The notes: generated by a model not told the origin, from the letters alone. Shown: positions 39,310 to 50,248, numbered from the stretch's first letter. The stretch: 64,000 nucleotides of DNA from Lachnospiraceae bacterium (GCA_017467845.1 JAFUKH010000025.1:14041-78040); one strand, 5' to 3'. Program-made: numbers and translations.

Positions 39310-40482
39310 GTGAAAAAGAGGTGGTTTTTACTTGGAATCTGCATTTGTGTAATGCTGACGGGGTGTGGAAATGTGGAGCAGGAAGCTACTGAGGCGCGGG
39401 AGCCTGCCACCAACATTGAAACCGCAGTATCTGTGGCAGAGCTTGAGGTGACGCAGGCGCCCTCTCTTACAGAGTTCCCATCACCCACGCAGGAGCCTAC
39501 AGCCACGCCCATCCCCGGGGCGTATGATTTTACTGTATGCTTTGCAGGAGATATCAGTCTTGCAGAAGGCGCAGTAACAACCCAGAGAATGGATGCTTCG
39601 GAAAATGGAATCTATGATTGCATTTCAGCGGAGTTGATGGACTATATGAATCAGGCGGATATCTTTTGCCTGAACAATGAATTTACATATAGTCTCAGAG
39701 GGGAGCCACTGGCCGGGAAAGCATACACCTTTCGGGCAAATCCGGAGCGTGTAGCGGTACTTGGACAAATGGGAGTGGATGTAGTGAGTCTTGCAAACAA
39801 TCATGTATATGATTATGGGGAAGATGCATTGTTAGATACACTGGACATATTGGCAGAAGCTGATATATCATATTTTGGTGCAGGGACTAATCTGGAAGAG
39901 GCTATGAAGCCGATATATAAGGAGGTGGATGGTAAGACAATTGCTTTTGTAGGAGCATCCAGAGCAGAAAAGAACAAGATGACGCCTCAGGCGGGAGAAG
40001 ATACACCGGGAATTCTCAGGTGTTACGATACAGAGCTTTTCCGGCAGGTAATAAAGGAGGCAGATGCCAATGCAGATTTCGTGCTCGCCTATGTGCATTG
40101 GGGAACCGAATACAGCCATGAACTTGAGGATGTACAGCTTCAGACAGGTAAGGAATATCTGGATGCCGGAGCAGATGTGATTATCGGAGCACATTCTCAT
40201 TGTTTACAGGGGATGGAGTATTATGACGGGAAACCTATCATATATAGTCTGGGCAATTATTGGTTCAATAAGCGGACGCTGGATACCATGCTGCTTATGC
40301 TTCATTTTCAGGGAAATGATGTGGAGGAGCAGCTGGAAGTGAAAGTGATTCCGGCGATTCAGGCGGAGCAACAGACCAGAATTGTGGAGGACTCGCAGGA
40401 GAGAGAACGCATCTTTTCCTTTCTGGAAGAAATCTCTGTGAATGTGGAAATTAACGAGGTCGGAGTCGTTACATCACAGTGA
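39310..40482 (+). CDS. CapA/PgsA-family metallophosphoesterase lipoprotein
   Basis: GTG start, lipobox LTGC, FAGD, LNNE, LANNHVYDYG, HWGTE, GAHSH, YSLGN. Confidence 0.88.
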   Translation: MKKRWFLLGICICVMLTGCGNVEQEATEAREPATNIETAVSVAELEVTQAPSLTEFPSPTQEPTATPIPGAYDFTVCFAGDISLAEGAVTTQRMDASENGIYDCISAELMDYMNQADIFCLNNEFTYSLRGEPLAGKAYTFRANPERVAVLGQMGVDVVSLANNHVYDYGEDALLDTLDILAEADISYFGAGTNLEEAMKPIYKEVDGKTIAFVGASRAEKNKMTPQAGEDTPGILRCYDTELFRQVIKEADANADFVLAYVHWGTEYSHELEDVQLQTGKEYLDAGADVIIGAHSHCLQGMEYYDGKPIIYSLGNYWFNKRTLDTMLLMLHFQGNDVEEQLEVKVIPAIQAEQQTRIVEDSQERERIFSFLEEISVNVEINEVGVVTSQ

Positions 40483-40569
40483 TTATATAGGCTGAAAGTA
40501 CCTTGCATAATGTGGGTATCAATTTACGCCAAAATAACAAAAAATGGTCGACAAAACGCTATATTTTTA

Positions 40570-40588
40570 GTAGACTAAGGGAGTCGAC
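40570..40588. promoter_or_regulatory. Candidate BlaI-type operator
   Basis: Near-palindrome GTAGAC-N7-GTCGAC just upstream of the blaI-like SD; another GTCGAC at 40547. Confidence 0.4.
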
Positions 40589-40607
40589 GAAAGTAAAGGA
40601 GATTCAT

Positions 40608-41018
40608 ATGAACGAAAAATTCTTCGAAGAAGAGAGAAACTTAAGTGCAAGCGAAACTGTAATAATGAAAGCAATTTGGGATGCGAAAGAAGACATTTCC
40701 ATACCGGATTTAATTGACAAGCTGAGAGAAGAATACGGCAAAGATTATGCCAGAACAACCGTAGTTACATTTTTATTGAAACTGTCAGACAAGGGCTTTG
40801 TAAGAACTTATCGTAAAGGTAAGCTGTCTTATGCTCATATTATGAAGAGCGAAGAAGATTACAAGGCAAAGCTTTTATCAGAAGAAGCTGATTTCTGGTT
40901 TGAAGGTCAGGTTCCTAAGATGGTATCTGCCTTAGTCAGCAGGAGAGAGCTTTCTAAACAGGACGTCGCTGAAATAAGGAGCCTGTTAGATGGTCTGGAC
41001 GACGAGTCTGCTAAATAA
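40608..41018 (+). CDS. BlaI/MecI/CopY-family repressor
   Basis: LSASETVIMKAIW, YARTTVVTFLLKLSDKGFV. Confidence 0.9.
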   Translation: MNEKFFEEERNLSASETVIMKAIWDAKEDISIPDLIDKLREEYGKDYARTTVVTFLLKLSDKGFVRTYRKGKLSYAHIMKSEEDYKAKLLSEEADFWFEGQVPKMVSALVSRRELSKQDVAEIRSLLDGLDDESAK

Positions 41019-42366
41019 TATTGTAATTATTATGCTATTGACCTCCCTTAGCGGAGGCTTGCTGGTGGTCATCTGGTTGGGAATCGGTGCAATTCTGGAA
41101 AAATTGGGATTTATCAATATTGTGTATGAATTGCTCAAAATGGTAATCGCATTTTTCTTCTTACCGATTTCCTATCTGGGACTGAAGCTGTTTGGAAGAA
41201 AGTTAGGACACGGATTTTTGTTTGCTCCGATTTCTGCGGAATGGAAGGAATTAGTACTGATTCTGGGAATATGGGCATTTGTGGTAGTGCTGGCACTTGG
41301 TGCTTTGGGTTATGAGATATATCGCATGAACCGATATTTTCGTAGTGCATTCACTGCTAAGAAGGAAGCGCGTGAGCTATTAGCAGAGATCTGCGAGGAA
41401 TTAAAGATTCCTGTACATAAGGTGGAGTTAAAGTCATCCTATCGTACGCAGATTCCCTGTGTAACAGGGGTATGGCGTGCAAAGGTAATCTTACCGGTGG
41501 AGGAGTTCGAAGAGGAGACTCTTCGGGTAATTCTGACACATGAGCTGACTCATTTCAAACAGAAAGATTTATTATTGAAAAGAATATCTTTGATGGTATT
41601 GATTCTTCATTTCTTCAATCCGTTGGCCTGGCTTTTATTCGAAAAGATTCAGGTGTGGAGTGAATATGCTTGTGATTATCGGTCATATCCTCACTGCGGA
41701 GGCATTAAGCACTATTTCGAAGTGCTTATGGGGTTTGCATCAGAGAATAAGGGACGTGTGAGCTTTTCTTCTCAACTATATGAGGACCGGCATGAGCTGG
41801 TAGAGAGGGTGAAGAAATTGAGCAAGGTAAGTAAGATTAAAAAGAGAGCAAAGCTTAGTGTAGTATTGGTAATGTGCGTGGCCTTTATGGGTAGTAGCAT
41901 CTCTGTAGGTGCTGCAACCATGCAGACTGCCAAGGCATACGAGCATCTTTATAGAGCAGCAGAAAGCGCAACATCAGCGGAATTTGATGAGGCAGTCTCT
42001 AGTGAATATGTGTTATATACTGAGAGTGGGGAAACACTGGGAATTACGTTGATTGAAGATGCTACTGTGACAGTTACGCGGGCTTTATATAATATTGTTT
42101 GGGATGTACCTGCTCGTAGTCGTGTAAGTGCGCCATATTTTAGTTTGACGGAAGGACAATCTGTTGTTGTTACTGCGTCAATGTTACCGGCAGATATAGA
42201 AGTTAAAGTAGGTCTTGAGAGCGCTAATGGAACAAGGCGATATGTTTTGGCGGCAGATTGGGCATCATATTCATTCCCTATTGAGGAGGATGGTTCTTAC
42301 CGCGTATATATTCAGAATGACTCCTATACAGACGTGTCTGTCGAAGGCTCTTATATCATCAAATAG
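40990..42366 (+). CDS. BlaR1-like M56 metallopeptidase with a non-penicillin-binding extracellular domain
   Basis: HELTH, HFFNPLAW, EYACD; beta-rich C-terminal region of about 150 aa after a TM. Confidence 0.85.
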   Translation: MVWTTSLLNNIVIIMLLTSLSGGLLVVIWLGIGAILEKLGFINIVYELLKMVIAFFFLPISYLGLKLFGRKLGHGFLFAPISAEWKELVLILGIWAFVVVLALGALGYEIYRMNRYFRSAFTAKKEARELLAEICEELKIPVHKVELKSSYRTQIPCVTGVWRAKVILPVEEFEEETLRVILTHELTHFKQKDLLLKRISLMVLILHFFNPLAWLLFEKIQVWSEYACDYRSYPHCGGIKHYFEVLMGFASENKGRVSFSSQLYEDRHELVERVKKLSKVSKIKKRAKLSVVLVMCVAFMGSSISVGAATMQTAKAYEHLYRAAESATSAEFDEAVSSEYVLYTESGETLGITLIEDATVTVTRALYNIVWDVPARSRVSAPYFSLTEGQSVVVTASMLPADIEVKVGLESANGTRRYVLAADWASYSFPIEEDGSYRVYIQNDSYTDVSVEGSYIIK

Positions 42367-42625
42367 TTAATTCATATTTCTCATAAATCTTTCTGTGTGC
42401 GCTATCGAAAATAGTGCACACAGAAGGTAAACACAGGAGGTTACACGTAGGTTGTAGACAAAAAGTCCCCGATATTCCTACCGGAGACTCTATCTAAAAA
42501 TTCAATTTATTCAAGGGTATTCACCCATCTGTTCCACTCTATACAAAAAGTAAATATAATGTATTTCCGGTCATAAATGGGCAGGTTTATTTTTTGTGTC
42601 TTCGTCTACAATCTACGTGTGTTTT

Positions 42626-42943
42626 CTACTTCATTCTTTTGCACATCTCAAGTACAAATTCTAAAGCATCATCATCAAATTCCACCAGAAAGGAATTGAT
42701 TTCCTGTCTAAGCAGAGACGGCGGTACTTCATCATTCAAAAGCTGGCTGGAGCTGGTGGAGAAACAGTTTCCAAGCTCTACGAGCTTATCAAGCCGAGGA
42801 TTAATATCGCCGGACAAAAGCTTCTGTACATAGCTCGGTGATACACCCGCATCTGCACTTAGTTGTCGCATGGAAGTATTTGATTCATGCATTAATTTAT
42901 ATAAATTCTTTTGTAATACCTGTAATTGCATTTCGTAATCCAT
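42626..42943 (-). CDS. XRE-family HTH regulator
   Basis: SMRQLSADAGVSPSYVQKLLSGDINPRLDKL. Confidence 0.85.
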   Translation of the reverse strand: MDYEMQLQVLQKNLYKLMHESNTSMRQLSADAGVSPSYVQKLLSGDINPRLDKLVELGNCFSTSSSQLLNDEVPPSLLRQEINSFLVEFDDDALEFVLEMCKRMK

Positions 42944-43117
42944 TGTAAAACCCTCTTTCTTACTAGAACATTATAGTATTCACAGAAGTTTGAATGGGCG
43001 AGTGCGAGTATTTGATTAAATGGAAAGTGAATAGTGATATTATCTGAATAAAAGGTAAGAATATACTATCGAAAGTGAAATAGATTTTGTGTTATACTGA
43101 CAAAAAGGAGGAAGCCT

Positions 43118-44011
43118 ATGAGAATTGGTGGAATTGAAGCCGGTGGAACCAAGATGGTATGTGCCATCGGTGATGAAAACGGAAAGATTATTGATAGAGT
43201 AACCTTTCCTACAAGGGGACCGAAGGAAACCTTTGAGGATATGATAGGTTATTTTAGGAAATGGGAGATTGAAGCATTGGGAATCGGATGCTTTGGCCCT
43301 GTGGATTTAAATAAGAGTTCGAAAACCTATGGTTATATTACCAGTACCCCTAAGCCGGGCTGGAAGGATACGGATGTGGTGGGTACCTTTAAAAATGCTC
43401 TGGGAGTACCTGTAGGATTTGACACGGATGTGAACGGAGCCATTTTGGGAGAGGTGACTTGGGGAGCTGCCAAAGGGGCAGACACCGCAATTTACATTAC
43501 CATTGGTACCGGCGTGGGGGTAGGAGTGTATGTAAATGGTGGGCTGCTGCATGGTTTGGTGCATCCCGAGGCGGGGCATATGCTTTTAGCAAAGCATCCG
43601 GGCGACAGCTACGAAGGTAAGTGTCCATATCACCGCACCTGTCTGGAAGGATTGGCAGCAGGACCTGCAATCGAGGCCAGATGGGGACGCAAGGGTGCAG
43701 AACTTGCAGATAACGCAGATGTGTGGGAGCTGGAGGCATTTTATATTGCTCAGGCAGTGACAAATTACATCTTGGCTTATTCGCCCCAGAAGATTATTCT
43801 TTGGGGAGGAGTGATGCATCAGGAAAGCCTCTTTCCTATGGTACGGGAGAAGGTGAAGGAGATGCTTAGCGGATACATTTCTCATGAAATGATTTTCGAG
43901 AAGATGGACGAGTATATTGTAAAGCCGGCTCTCGGAGAGGACCCGGGAATTTTAGGTGCAATTAAATTAGGAATGCTGGCAATTTCAGAGTTCTCAATTA
44001 ATAAGGCATAA
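43118..44011 (+). CDS. ROK-family fructokinase
   Basis: EAGGTK, TPKPGW, DTDVN, TIGTGVG, HPEAGH, CPYH..CLEG. Confidence 0.92.
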   Translation: MRIGGIEAGGTKMVCAIGDENGKIIDRVTFPTRGPKETFEDMIGYFRKWEIEALGIGCFGPVDLNKSSKTYGYITSTPKPGWKDTDVVGTFKNALGVPVGFDTDVNGAILGEVTWGAAKGADTAIYITIGTGVGVGVYVNGGLLHGLVHPEAGHMLLAKHPGDSYEGKCPYHRTCLEGLAAGPAIEARWGRKGAELADNADVWELEAFYIAQAVTNYILAYSPQKIILWGGVMHQESLFPMVREKVKEMLSGYISHEMIFEKMDEYIVKPALGEDPGILGAIKLGMLAISEFSINKA

Positions 44012-44015
44012 ATAA

Positions 44016-44052
44016 AGGGCTGCCGTCACGTGATGAACGGCAGCCTTGTTTT
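44016..44052. terminator. Bidirectional terminator between convergent genes
   Basis: GGCTGCCGT/ACGGCAGCC stem flanked by A-rich and T-rich tracts. Confidence 0.75.
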
Positions 44053-44063
44053 ATATAGCATTG

Positions 44064-47000
44064 TTAATCTTTTATTTTTGCGGTTCCAATCTTATCAAAG
44101 ATGCCACCGGCATAAGAGTTTCCGTCAGCCTCAAAGGTTACGGTAATTGTATCCTTACCTTCTACAAGTTCTGCAGGAATTTCATAGTAAACATCGTAGA
44201 AATCATCCGGATTTACATTTTCAATCACTTCATCTTCCAACACTTCTCCATCCACGTAGATGCAGAAGCCTCTTCCGGCATCACCACTGAAATATTTCAC
44301 AAAAAGGTAGTTGGTAACACTGTCATCCACCGAGAATTCATAACTGAAATATCCGCCTGAGGCAGCGTCGCGGTAATTTAGACCTTTGTGAGTTCCCGTG
44401 TTTGTCAGGTCACCGTCCAGGTTATGAGAGAATTCGTATTGGTCGTTTGCTACGGGAAGCGAATCAATCACAATGTACTTATCGGATTCATCTTCCACGA
44501 CTTCTGTATTTGCATCTGCTAATTCAAAGTAAATACCATATCTGTTCTGATGCTGCATATAGTGTGGTGAGAATATAAGCTCTTGGTCGGTTCCCTTTAA
44601 TGTGAATTCTAAAGTCCCTTCTGTACGAAGCAGGTTCTCATTTACATTCGCCAGCCATTCTTCGATGGTGGTATCTGTAATTGTAAGCACATCGCTGATT
44701 TCCGTAAACAGAGTAGGGATAGTAACATTTACACCGGTAGTGCCGGTTGCCATGTCTTCATCTCCAAGGTCTGCGCTGAGAACGATAGGTCCATACTTAA
44801 AGGCAACCACATTCTCGTTGTCCGGAAGGTTATAAGCAACTACTTCCATAGGAAGTGTATAGGTGATGGTATCGCCATCTTTCCAGGTTCCTGACAGACG
44901 GATAAAATCATTTACAATATCTGCACTTGCAGCCTGACCGTTAATACTTACGACAGGAGTGTCACATGCCCAGTCCGGAACATAGAGTACGATATCTGCA
45001 GAAACATCTGCGCCGTTAGTATGAATAGTGAAGGAAGAGGTATCTGTATTTGGAATATCGGTTTCCTGTATCAAAGTCAGTCCCTTCTCCTCCCAAGAAA
45101 CCTCGGAAGAAGTAAAGCGGGTTACATAGATACTGCTCTCATCTTTGTAATAAATACTATCCCCCAGCTTGGAGAAGTTCTCCATACCGGAGCCGGTACA
45201 GCACCAGAAATGCCCTGTTGCAGAGCTATATACCTTGAAGTAGCCTGAGGCCATGGGCTGGAAGTAGGTGGTCATACCGGTCTTAGGATTCTGGGAAGAG
45301 AGAATCGCATTGATAAAGGTGTTCTCATAATATGCGGAATATTTGCTGTTACCGGTAATCTTAAACAGCTCCCTGGTCAGCTTTAGCATATTGTAGGTAT
45401 TACAGGTCTCACAGTTACAGTTGGTTCTCTCTGCATCCAGCACATTTGCTTCGCCGAAATGCTCCCATTCGCTGTTGCCGCCGGTGATATAGGTGTGGTT
45501 ATTTACCACGATTTCCCAGAAGTTCTCAGCTACCTGCAAGTAGTATTCCTCGGATTCTCCTAAAACAATATATCTGTTCAATGCGCCGATAATTTTGGGA
45601 ATAGTAGTGTTGGCGTGTAATCCGTTAAGTACATCGTCTCCATTATAAAGAGAGTCAAATAAATTCATTTCATCAAAGCTGTGAGCTGCGGAGAGATGAC
45701 CTTCATCTCCGGTGTGGCTGTAAAGCTGGTACAGGCAGTCGTTCATACCGCCGTATTCCACGTTCAGCACAGTAGCCTGCTTAGCTTCTGTCCAGGTAGA
45801 GGTTCTGGAGTAAACCCAGTCTCCTAAGGAAGAAGCGACAATGAGGGCCTGCTCGTTGCCGGTAAGCTCATAAGTGTCAATCAGCCCTGCGAGTACCTTG
45901 TGCATGGTATACCAAGGTACCCAGGTGCCGGAGGTGTTACCGCTTTCAATCTGGATATAATGGCTTTCCGGAATGGCAGCAAGGTATCCTGTTTCGCTAT
46001 CCTGACACTGAGAAAGCACATCTACAATATGCTCTGTAATAGCAAGAAGCTGAGTGTCTCCGCTGGTTGCATAGGCTTGGGAAAGTGCTGTTAAATAGTG
46101 GCCTAAGGTGTGGCCTTTAATTGCAGAATTTTCCCAGCCGCCATATAGGGTAGCGTCACTTTCCACACCTGCAATATCGCAGAAGCCCTTTAATAATCTG
46201 TCTGCATCCAAAGATTTTAAATAGTCTACCTCTAGGGCGAAAGCATTGGTCTCATAGGAATTCAAAAGGGTAACATTACCCATGGAAAAGTCTGCCAGAT
46301 TTTGAAAATCTGGCTGGGCTTCCACGCAGATGTCAAAGCTTTTTTCTCTGGTATAGTCAGCGTATGAGAGGGTAGCGGTCAAGGTTACTTCTGCGTCATT
46401 CTCTCCGGCTGCAGGTCTGGTTACGGTTCCGTCCGGGCTAAGAACCTTTTCGTCAGAAGAGAACCAGCTAATACTGCTTCCTGCGGAACCCTGCGTAGGT
46501 AGTGCAATATCGCTTTTAACAGATTTCAAGGAAATGCTGAGACTGTCATAATCGGCATCTACTACCTGAGAGCCGTCAAACTGTGCTCCATAAGCCGTGT
46601 AAAGTTCAATAATATCGCTTGAGGAAAGTACCTGATTATAAATGGATAGTTCGTCCATAATCATCTTGGCAAAGCCGCCATTGTACCCCGGAGAGTTAAA
46701 ACCAATGTATTTATTACTGCCTTCATCTGTATTAATTTCCTGAATTTCATTGATGTACTGTACATTCTGGGCAACACCGTTACGATAGATACCGCAGGTA
46801 TGTGTAGCAGAATCGTAGGTGACGGCAATGTGAACCCATTCTCCCACAGGGAAAAATTCAGACCGGCTTCCGGATACAAACATCTCCATTGGCTGTCCGG
46901 CAGATTTTCCTACAGAAAGCTTTAGTGGTGTATTGTTATCCAGACAGGAAAGGTACCAGCCTTCCCCCTGATAGTTTCCGCTGGGTTTAAACCAGGTAAT

Positions 47001-47402
47001 CATATGCTCTCCGGCCAGATTTTCCTCGACTTTTATCCATGATGCGAAGGTGAGTGCTTCCGGCTGAAGAGAAGCGGCAGTACCCAGGTCAATGTATGTG
47101 GACCCGTCAAAGCTCAGTGCTTTGCCGTCAACACCTTCCACATAGACACCATCCTTGTTCAGAACGCCATTGTTACCGGCAGCAGATGAGTCCTCTACAT
47201 TTCCCTCAAAGGAAAGTCCCAGAACCTTGTATTCCTCATATAGTGGTGCTTCCGGTGTTGGAGTGGGTGACTCTGTTTGAACCGGAGCATTTGTTGCACC
47301 CGTTTCGGCTACCGGTACTTCATTCGCAGTTTCCGTGCTGCCTCCGCAAGCAGTTAGTGTTAGGGTCATCAATATTCCCATTAGTAACTGTAACTTTTTC
47401 AT
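44064..47402 (-). CDS. Lipoprotein: LamG-like + Ig-like + GH127/GH146 beta-L-arabinofuranosidase + C-terminal domain
   Basis: Lipobox LTAC; YGGWE, GHTLGHYL, VPWYTMHK, EYGGMN, HANTTIPK, ETCNTYNMLK, FWCCTGSGME. Confidence 0.88.
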   Translation of the reverse strand: MKKLQLLMGILMTLTLTACGGSTETANEVPVAETGATNAPVQTESPTPTPEAPLYEEYKVLGLSFEGNVEDSSAAGNNGVLNKDGVYVEGVDGKALSFDGSTYIDLGTAASLQPEALTFASWIKVEENLAGEHMITWFKPSGNYQGEGWYLSCLDNNTPLKLSVGKSAGQPMEMFVSGSRSEFFPVGEWVHIAVTYDSATHTCGIYRNGVAQNVQYINEIQEINTDEGSNKYIGFNSPGYNGGFAKMIMDELSIYNQVLSSSDIIELYTAYGAQFDGSQVVDADYDSLSISLKSVKSDIALPTQGSAGSSISWFSSDEKVLSPDGTVTRPAAGENDAEVTLTATLSYADYTREKSFDICVEAQPDFQNLADFSMGNVTLLNSYETNAFALEVDYLKSLDADRLLKGFCDIAGVESDATLYGGWENSAIKGHTLGHYLTALSQAYATSGDTQLLAITEHIVDVLSQCQDSETGYLAAIPESHYIQIESGNTSGTWVPWYTMHKVLAGLIDTYELTGNEQALIVASSLGDWVYSRTSTWTEAKQATVLNVEYGGMNDCLYQLYSHTGDEGHLSAAHSFDEMNLFDSLYNGDDVLNGLHANTTIPKIIGALNRYIVLGESEEYYLQVAENFWEIVVNNHTYITGGNSEWEHFGEANVLDAERTNCNCETCNTYNMLKLTRELFKITGNSKYSAYYENTFINAILSSQNPKTGMTTYFQPMASGYFKVYSSATGHFWCCTGSGMENFSKLGDSIYYKDESSIYVTRFTSSEVSWEEKGLTLIQETDIPNTDTSSFTIHTNGADVSADIVLYVPDWACDTPVVSINGQAASADIVNDFIRLSGTWKDGDTITYTLPMEVVAYNLPDNENVVAFKYGPIVLSADLGDEDMATGTTGVNVTIPTLFTEISDVLTITDTTIEEWLANVNENLLRTEGTLEFTLKGTDQELIFSPHYMQHQNRYGIYFELADANTEVVEDESDKYIVIDSLPVANDQYEFSHNLDGDLTNTGTHKGLNYRDAASGGYFSYEFSVDDSVTNYLFVKYFSGDAGRGFCIYVDGEVLEDEVIENVNPDDFYDVYYEIPAELVEGKDTITVTFEADGNSYAGGIFDKIGTAKIKD

Positions 47403-47601
47403 TGTAATGTTGCCTCCCCATGTTTATTGTTGGTTTTAGCATACCTTTTTTGATACAGCAAAGTAAATTCTCATACATTGGAATAAGTGTAAAAATCTCA
47501 GTTATAATTTTTCACTTTACCGGGGGTAGATTTTGGGATATTATCGAGTTATAGACCATAGATATGATTATTTTTCGTAAGATAAGGTGTGATTTTGTTA
47601 G

Positions 47602-48453
47602 ATGAAAGTAGTTAAATTTAATTCTGCATTACCATTTCAATACAATTTTGCAGGAAAATTCACAGCACCCGGCAGTGAGTGGATGCATTTGACCAGACAG
47701 CTCTTTGACTTTGAATTATTTGTAGTTACTGACGGAGTTTTGTATATTGCTGAAAATGAGGTGGAATACGCCGTGAAAAAGGGAGAGTATCTTCTTATGC
47801 CGCCTACATTAAAGCAGCATGGTTATCGGGCCGGAGGGTGTTCTTTTTATTGGCTTCATTTCTATCCTTCCTCTGCATATGAGATGTTGGAAGCAGAAAG
47901 CGCAGGTGCGGCCCAAGACGCTACATCCATCACGGTGCCGATATATGGAGAATTACAATCCTTTGAGCGTATGGTAGTGCTGATGAAACAGCTGCAGGAC
48001 AGTGAACGCCGCTATGGTATGCGTTCGCTGAACAATTTTAGTACTTCGGTGATTTTGGCAGAGCTCAGCGCTCAAAGTTCCATTTATCGTAAATATGATA
48101 ATTCTGACAATAGCAGTCAGTTGTATAACGATATAGTGGATTACATTACATTAAATATTTGCTCCAATCTGAAGGTGGCGGACATTGCAGACTATTTTGG
48201 CTACAATGAGAAGTATTTAACTACATATTTTAAGAAATGGTCCAAGGTATCCATAAAACAATTTATCTTACTGACAAAAATGGAAAATGCCAAGGCGCAG
48301 CTCAGTGAGACCAATCATTCAGTTTCTCAGATCGGATATAACATTGGTTATTCGGATCCCCACAATTTCACCAATGCATTTAAAAAAGTCACCGGGCTTA
48401 CGCCCAGTGACTATCGTGACAGCTATACAAAACGCAGGGCAAATAGTGAATAG
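47602..48453 (+). CDS. AraC-family regulator, divergent from the GH127 gene
   Basis: Cupin N-terminus; IGYSDPHNFTNAFKKVTGLTPSDYR. Confidence 0.9.
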   Translation: MKVVKFNSALPFQYNFAGKFTAPGSEWMHLTRQLFDFELFVVTDGVLYIAENEVEYAVKKGEYLLMPPTLKQHGYRAGGCSFYWLHFYPSSAYEMLEAESAGAAQDATSITVPIYGELQSFERMVVLMKQLQDSERRYGMRSLNNFSTSVILAELSAQSSIYRKYDNSDNSSQLYNDIVDYITLNICSNLKVADIADYFGYNEKYLTTYFKKWSKVSIKQFILLTKMENAKAQLSETNHSVSQIGYNIGYSDPHNFTNAFKKVTGLTPSDYRDSYTKRRANSE

Positions 48454-48458
48454 TGTTT

Positions 48459-50237
48459 TTAGTATCCCTTTATGAGTTCATTGATTTCCTGCTCATTTAA
48501 AAGTACACATTGTTTACCACCGATGGAATAAACTCTCTTACAAATATTCAGTACAGAGGGTCTATGGGTGGTAACAATGGTAGTGCGGGGATATTTGTCC
48601 GCCATGATATTCTGTAAAACCTTTCTTTCGGTAACCATGTCAAGTGCAGAGGTTGCCTCGTCTAAAAGTAGAATGGGGGAGCGCCTTAAGAGTGCTCTGG
48701 CAATGGAGAGACGCTGTGCCTGTCCTTCAGAGAAGCCGCCACCCCGCTCTTTGATTTCACTGTAGATTCCTTCCGGCAGTTTTTCCACAAAGTCCCATGC
48801 ACAAGCCATTTTTAGTGCATCAATGATTTCTTCATCCGTAGCATTTTCCTTTACATTACGCATATTGTCGGCAATGGTTCCGGAGAACATGGTGTTGCCC
48901 TGGGGAACATATGCAAAAAGCTGTCTGGAGGATGCTGTCAAATCCACATGTGGAGCACCGCTTTCCGGAGTGCCGTTTCCGGCACATATATATCCGGCAC
49001 CTTCTTTGGGGCGGATAATGGATAAAAGGACACGGAGCATGGTAGTCTTGCCCTCACCGGATGGTCCCACCAGAGCGATTACTTCATGAGGATGTGCATC
49101 GAAGCTGGCCTGCTCAAAGACTTCGGTGCCGGTAGCGTAGGTATAAGCCACGTTACGGATACTTAAGCCCACACCAATGTCTTTGTTATCATCGAAGAAC
49201 TGCGCTACCTGCTTTTTCTGACTGTAATCCTCCTTGGGAAGATTTACGATACCCATAAGACGCTTGGCAGAATTGGCAAGGTGGATGGTGCTGGGTACAA
49301 AACTGATTAAATTATCAACAGAAGCACTCAACGTAGTGGAGAGGGACAGAAACATGGTCATAGTACCATAGGAAATCTGACCACTCCATACTTTATAGAT
49401 ACCCCAGCCGTAGGCAGAGTAAGAAACAATCATGGAGACAATTGTGAGGATAAAGGTATTAATAATCGTGGTACGTTGATACTTCATGCGCACGTCTGTA
49501 TACTGCTGTTGGAGCATACGAAGTCTCCTGGAATAAAGAGAAAGCATATCAAAGGCTTTAACTGTCTGGATATTAGAAAAAGTCTCTTGATTAAAAGTAG
49601 ACATACGCGTACTGGTGGTGAGGCTGCTCATATTACCCTGCTGTATTTTCTTCATTGTAGTTCTTGAAGTATAGATGCTGATGGGAATACTGATTAAAGC
49701 AAATACCGCGAAAGAAGCATCGTAGTAGAGAACCATGATTAATGCAGAAAAAAAGCGGAAGATATAAATAATCAGATTGGGCAAGGTATTAAGTATTCCG
49801 GAAGAAATGGTGCTTACATCCCCGCTCCATCTGACAAGCAAGTCACCGGAGTGATACCTGGTCAGGGATTCCCAATCCGTAATCAGAATGTCATCAAAAA
49901 TCTGTGCTTTAATGTGATTGTCTATCTTCAAACTTATTTTATTAGAAAGATAACTGGAAATTTGACTGATAACACTGCTTCCCAGAGCAATACCAATCAT
50001 TGTAGCAAAGGTGATCAACAATTCACCGGTGTTGTGTCCGGTAATGATATCTACCAAATCTCTGGAAACCAGACTACTGATTAGAGAGATGACTGTGGTG
50101 GATAATCCCAAAAGGGTATAGATTGCGATGTGGAAAATATGCTGTTTGGCATACTGATAAATCCAGCCCAATTGTGCCAATTTGTCTTGTAGACGCCCAT
50201 TTTTGAGTTGTTTTATATAGTGCATTAACTGAGACAT
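48459..50237 (-). CDS. ABC exporter (TMD+NBD, no C39 peptidase domain)
   Basis: HSGDLL, GPSGEGKTT, FSEGQAQR, LDEATSALD; SD GGAGG before ATG 50237. Confidence 0.9.
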   Translation of the reverse strand: MSQLMHYIKQLKNGRLQDKLAQLGWIYQYAKQHIFHIAIYTLLGLSTTVISLISSLVSRDLVDIITGHNTGELLITFATMIGIALGSSVISQISSYLSNKISLKIDNHIKAQIFDDILITDWESLTRYHSGDLLVRWSGDVSTISSGILNTLPNLIIYIFRFFSALIMVLYYDASFAVFALISIPISIYTSRTTMKKIQQGNMSSLTTSTRMSTFNQETFSNIQTVKAFDMLSLYSRRLRMLQQQYTDVRMKYQRTTIINTFILTIVSMIVSYSAYGWGIYKVWSGQISYGTMTMFLSLSTTLSASVDNLISFVPSTIHLANSAKRLMGIVNLPKEDYSQKKQVAQFFDDNKDIGVGLSIRNVAYTYATGTEVFEQASFDAHPHEVIALVGPSGEGKTTMLRVLLSIIRPKEGAGYICAGNGTPESGAPHVDLTASSRQLFAYVPQGNTMFSGTIADNMRNVKENATDEEIIDALKMACAWDFVEKLPEGIYSEIKERGGGFSEGQAQRLSIARALLRRSPILLLDEATSALDMVTERKVLQNIMADKYPRTTIVTTHRPSVLNICKRVYSIGGKQCVLLNEQEINELIKGY

Positions 50238-50248
50238 TTTAACCTCCG

